DNA from: Girardia tigrina
Lineage: Eukaryota
NCBI GenBank assembly: GCA_001938485.1
Contig: MQRK01223681.1
Span: 1 to 55,130 of the forward strand
Length of the DNA: 55,130 nt
Direction of reading: 5' to 3'
The translations under genes and the position numbers were made by a program. The notes under the pieces are model-generated. The model saw nothing but the letters and a program-made list of their open reading frames with translations, did no database searches and was not told where the DNA came from. Shown in pieces: positions 53,486-55,130 of the stretch. Each line of letters starts with the position of its first letter. The first letter of the stretch is position 1.

Positions 53486-54719
53486 TTTTCAATTGGCTTT
53501 CGAATTTTGATTTTAAATAATTATTCTTTATATTAACCGATATTTCTTTCCTGAAATGAAACCAATGGTTAAGATATTCCTTCATAGTGATATGATTTTT
53601 TAAATTCGGGTTCCGTTTTGAAATCGTTGTTTAAACATAACGAATATTTTTAATTTTCAAAAAATAGCGATATCAAAGAAAAAACGTGCCAAACGTAAAT
53701 CGATATTAAACGGTAGTGGATCGAATAATCTCTTATTGAATAATATTTACAATTAATCGGAAAAAATAACTACAATATTCACAAATCCGAATAAGCAAAT
53801 AAATAAATGTTACATTTTTTATCTTTAGTCTATGGTATATTTAAAATGTTTAGTTAGATTTTAATTCAAATCTTTAGAAGAGTTTCCCAAAATCCTCACA
53901 TTTTGTAACGGATATATTTAAAATATAATAAATAAATAATTATGAATAAAAATATAAATAAAAATAAAAATAAATAGGAAAAGTGCTTATTCACAAAGAG
54001 GAGAGTCGAAACCGTCACATCAAATAAACAGATGAAACAAATTTTCCATTAACTGAAATATAAAAATCATCTAACAATAATTTCTTATAATAAAACAAAT
54101 AATTTATCATTTAAAACAATTTTTATCATTGCTTTTTATTTGTTTCAAAATTTAAAGTTGTTTTCTATTTGTTTCTAATTATCGGCATTATCTTTTATAA
54201 TAAATGATTTTTTAAAAGATTTAATAGAAACATTTATATCGAAATAGACAAAATTAATTTTTTCAAATGAAAAATTATTATTTTATAAATTCATTTGACA
54301 AATTTATTGATTTATTATTAATATAAAGTTACAAATAAAATATTGGTTAGTCATACAAAAAGAACGACCATTTCTCATTTTATTTATTGACAGTACAAAC
54401 AGACAAAGTAAAGCCGTTTCAAATCTTAAAATTTTTAATAAAATTAAAAAAATATTTTGGAATTATTATCCTATGTTGTCTTAAATAATTAAAATAAATC
54501 AAAAAGTCATTCCCTTAAAACTCACATTAAAACAAAAATATTCAATTATAATTGCTGATGATAGAAAACGAAATTCCGAAATATGTGCATGGATCAATTT
54601 CAAAATAAATTATTTTTCAAATTAAGCTACACACTTGTGTATAAACATATAAATTATCTTTACTAAAAGCAACATATAAAAATATTTCGCAAAGAACATA
54701 TAATCAATCTCTCTGTGGA

Positions 54720-54900
54720 TTTTGAATAACAATAAGGAATTTAATTAGAAAAGTGGACTATCTGTTCAGTGATATTTGATATCTTCAACATCACATAACC
54801 ATTAGACAATTTTCAAAAAAAGAATATTATAGGATTACAAGATGGAAGATTAAATGTTGGAAATGAAATTTTAACAGTTCAAGGTATTGGCTTGCAATGT
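54720..54900 (+). pseudogene. PDZ-domain fragment
   Basis: GLQDGRLNVGNEILTVQGIGL resembles the PDZ consensus DGRLxVGDEILxVNG; upstream part disrupted. Confidence 0.55.
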
Positions 54901-55015
54901 TGGAAGATTGATCATCGTGATACAAAAAAAAGAGAAAAACAATGTGATGCAAGGATATCTGCAGTTAACATAGATATATATGTGCACAAAACTTATGAGG
55001 CAACCCTATACTTAC

Positions 55016-55130
55016 TGTGAGGAATGTTTTGAATTGTGTATTGATATTTGTGCATGTAGAATGTTGATTCGGATTGTGCCTCTCCTACACAGATGGATGA
55101 TTGATATTTTCTTTGATTCTTACTAATTAA
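55016..55130 (+). mobile_element. Solo-LTR-like element, copy 10 (runs off the window)
   Basis: tgtgaggaatg...ctcctacacagatgga. Confidence 0.8.

Larger units (their letters stand above)
52530..53515 (-). mobile_element. 5'-truncated PLE with inverted pseudo-LTRs
   Basis: GIY-YIG LIYQYTYNGCNATYIGETSRHLCKRIQEH; 52530-52650 is the reverse complement of ~53393-53514. Confidence 0.92.

Overview
Very AT-rich eukaryotic (metazoan-like) DNA with several N-gaps and no clearly intact host gene. It is a dense, nested transposon graveyard. It contains at least six mariner copies or remnants, hAT, piggyBac and pogo-type non-autonomous elements, a probable Helitron, an RTE LINE, a NeSL-clade RLE LINE, and about eight Penelope-like element (PLE) remnants carrying minimal type-I hammerhead motifs. 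The most striking component is a ~430-530 bp solo-LTR-like family present ten times (TG...TA/CA ends, 5-bp TSDs). In eight of its nine complete copies an ATG (ATA in one) sits exactly 3n+1 nt from the 3' end, opening a Cys/Asn-rich frame that runs out of the element. Host-gene relics are interspersed: a PP1-like phosphatase/beta-tubulin in-frame chimera, a PAICS pseudogene, an AGAP/centaurin-gamma GTPase-domain pseudogene and a PDZ fragment. All protein-family calls come from motif recognition by eye; no searches were run.
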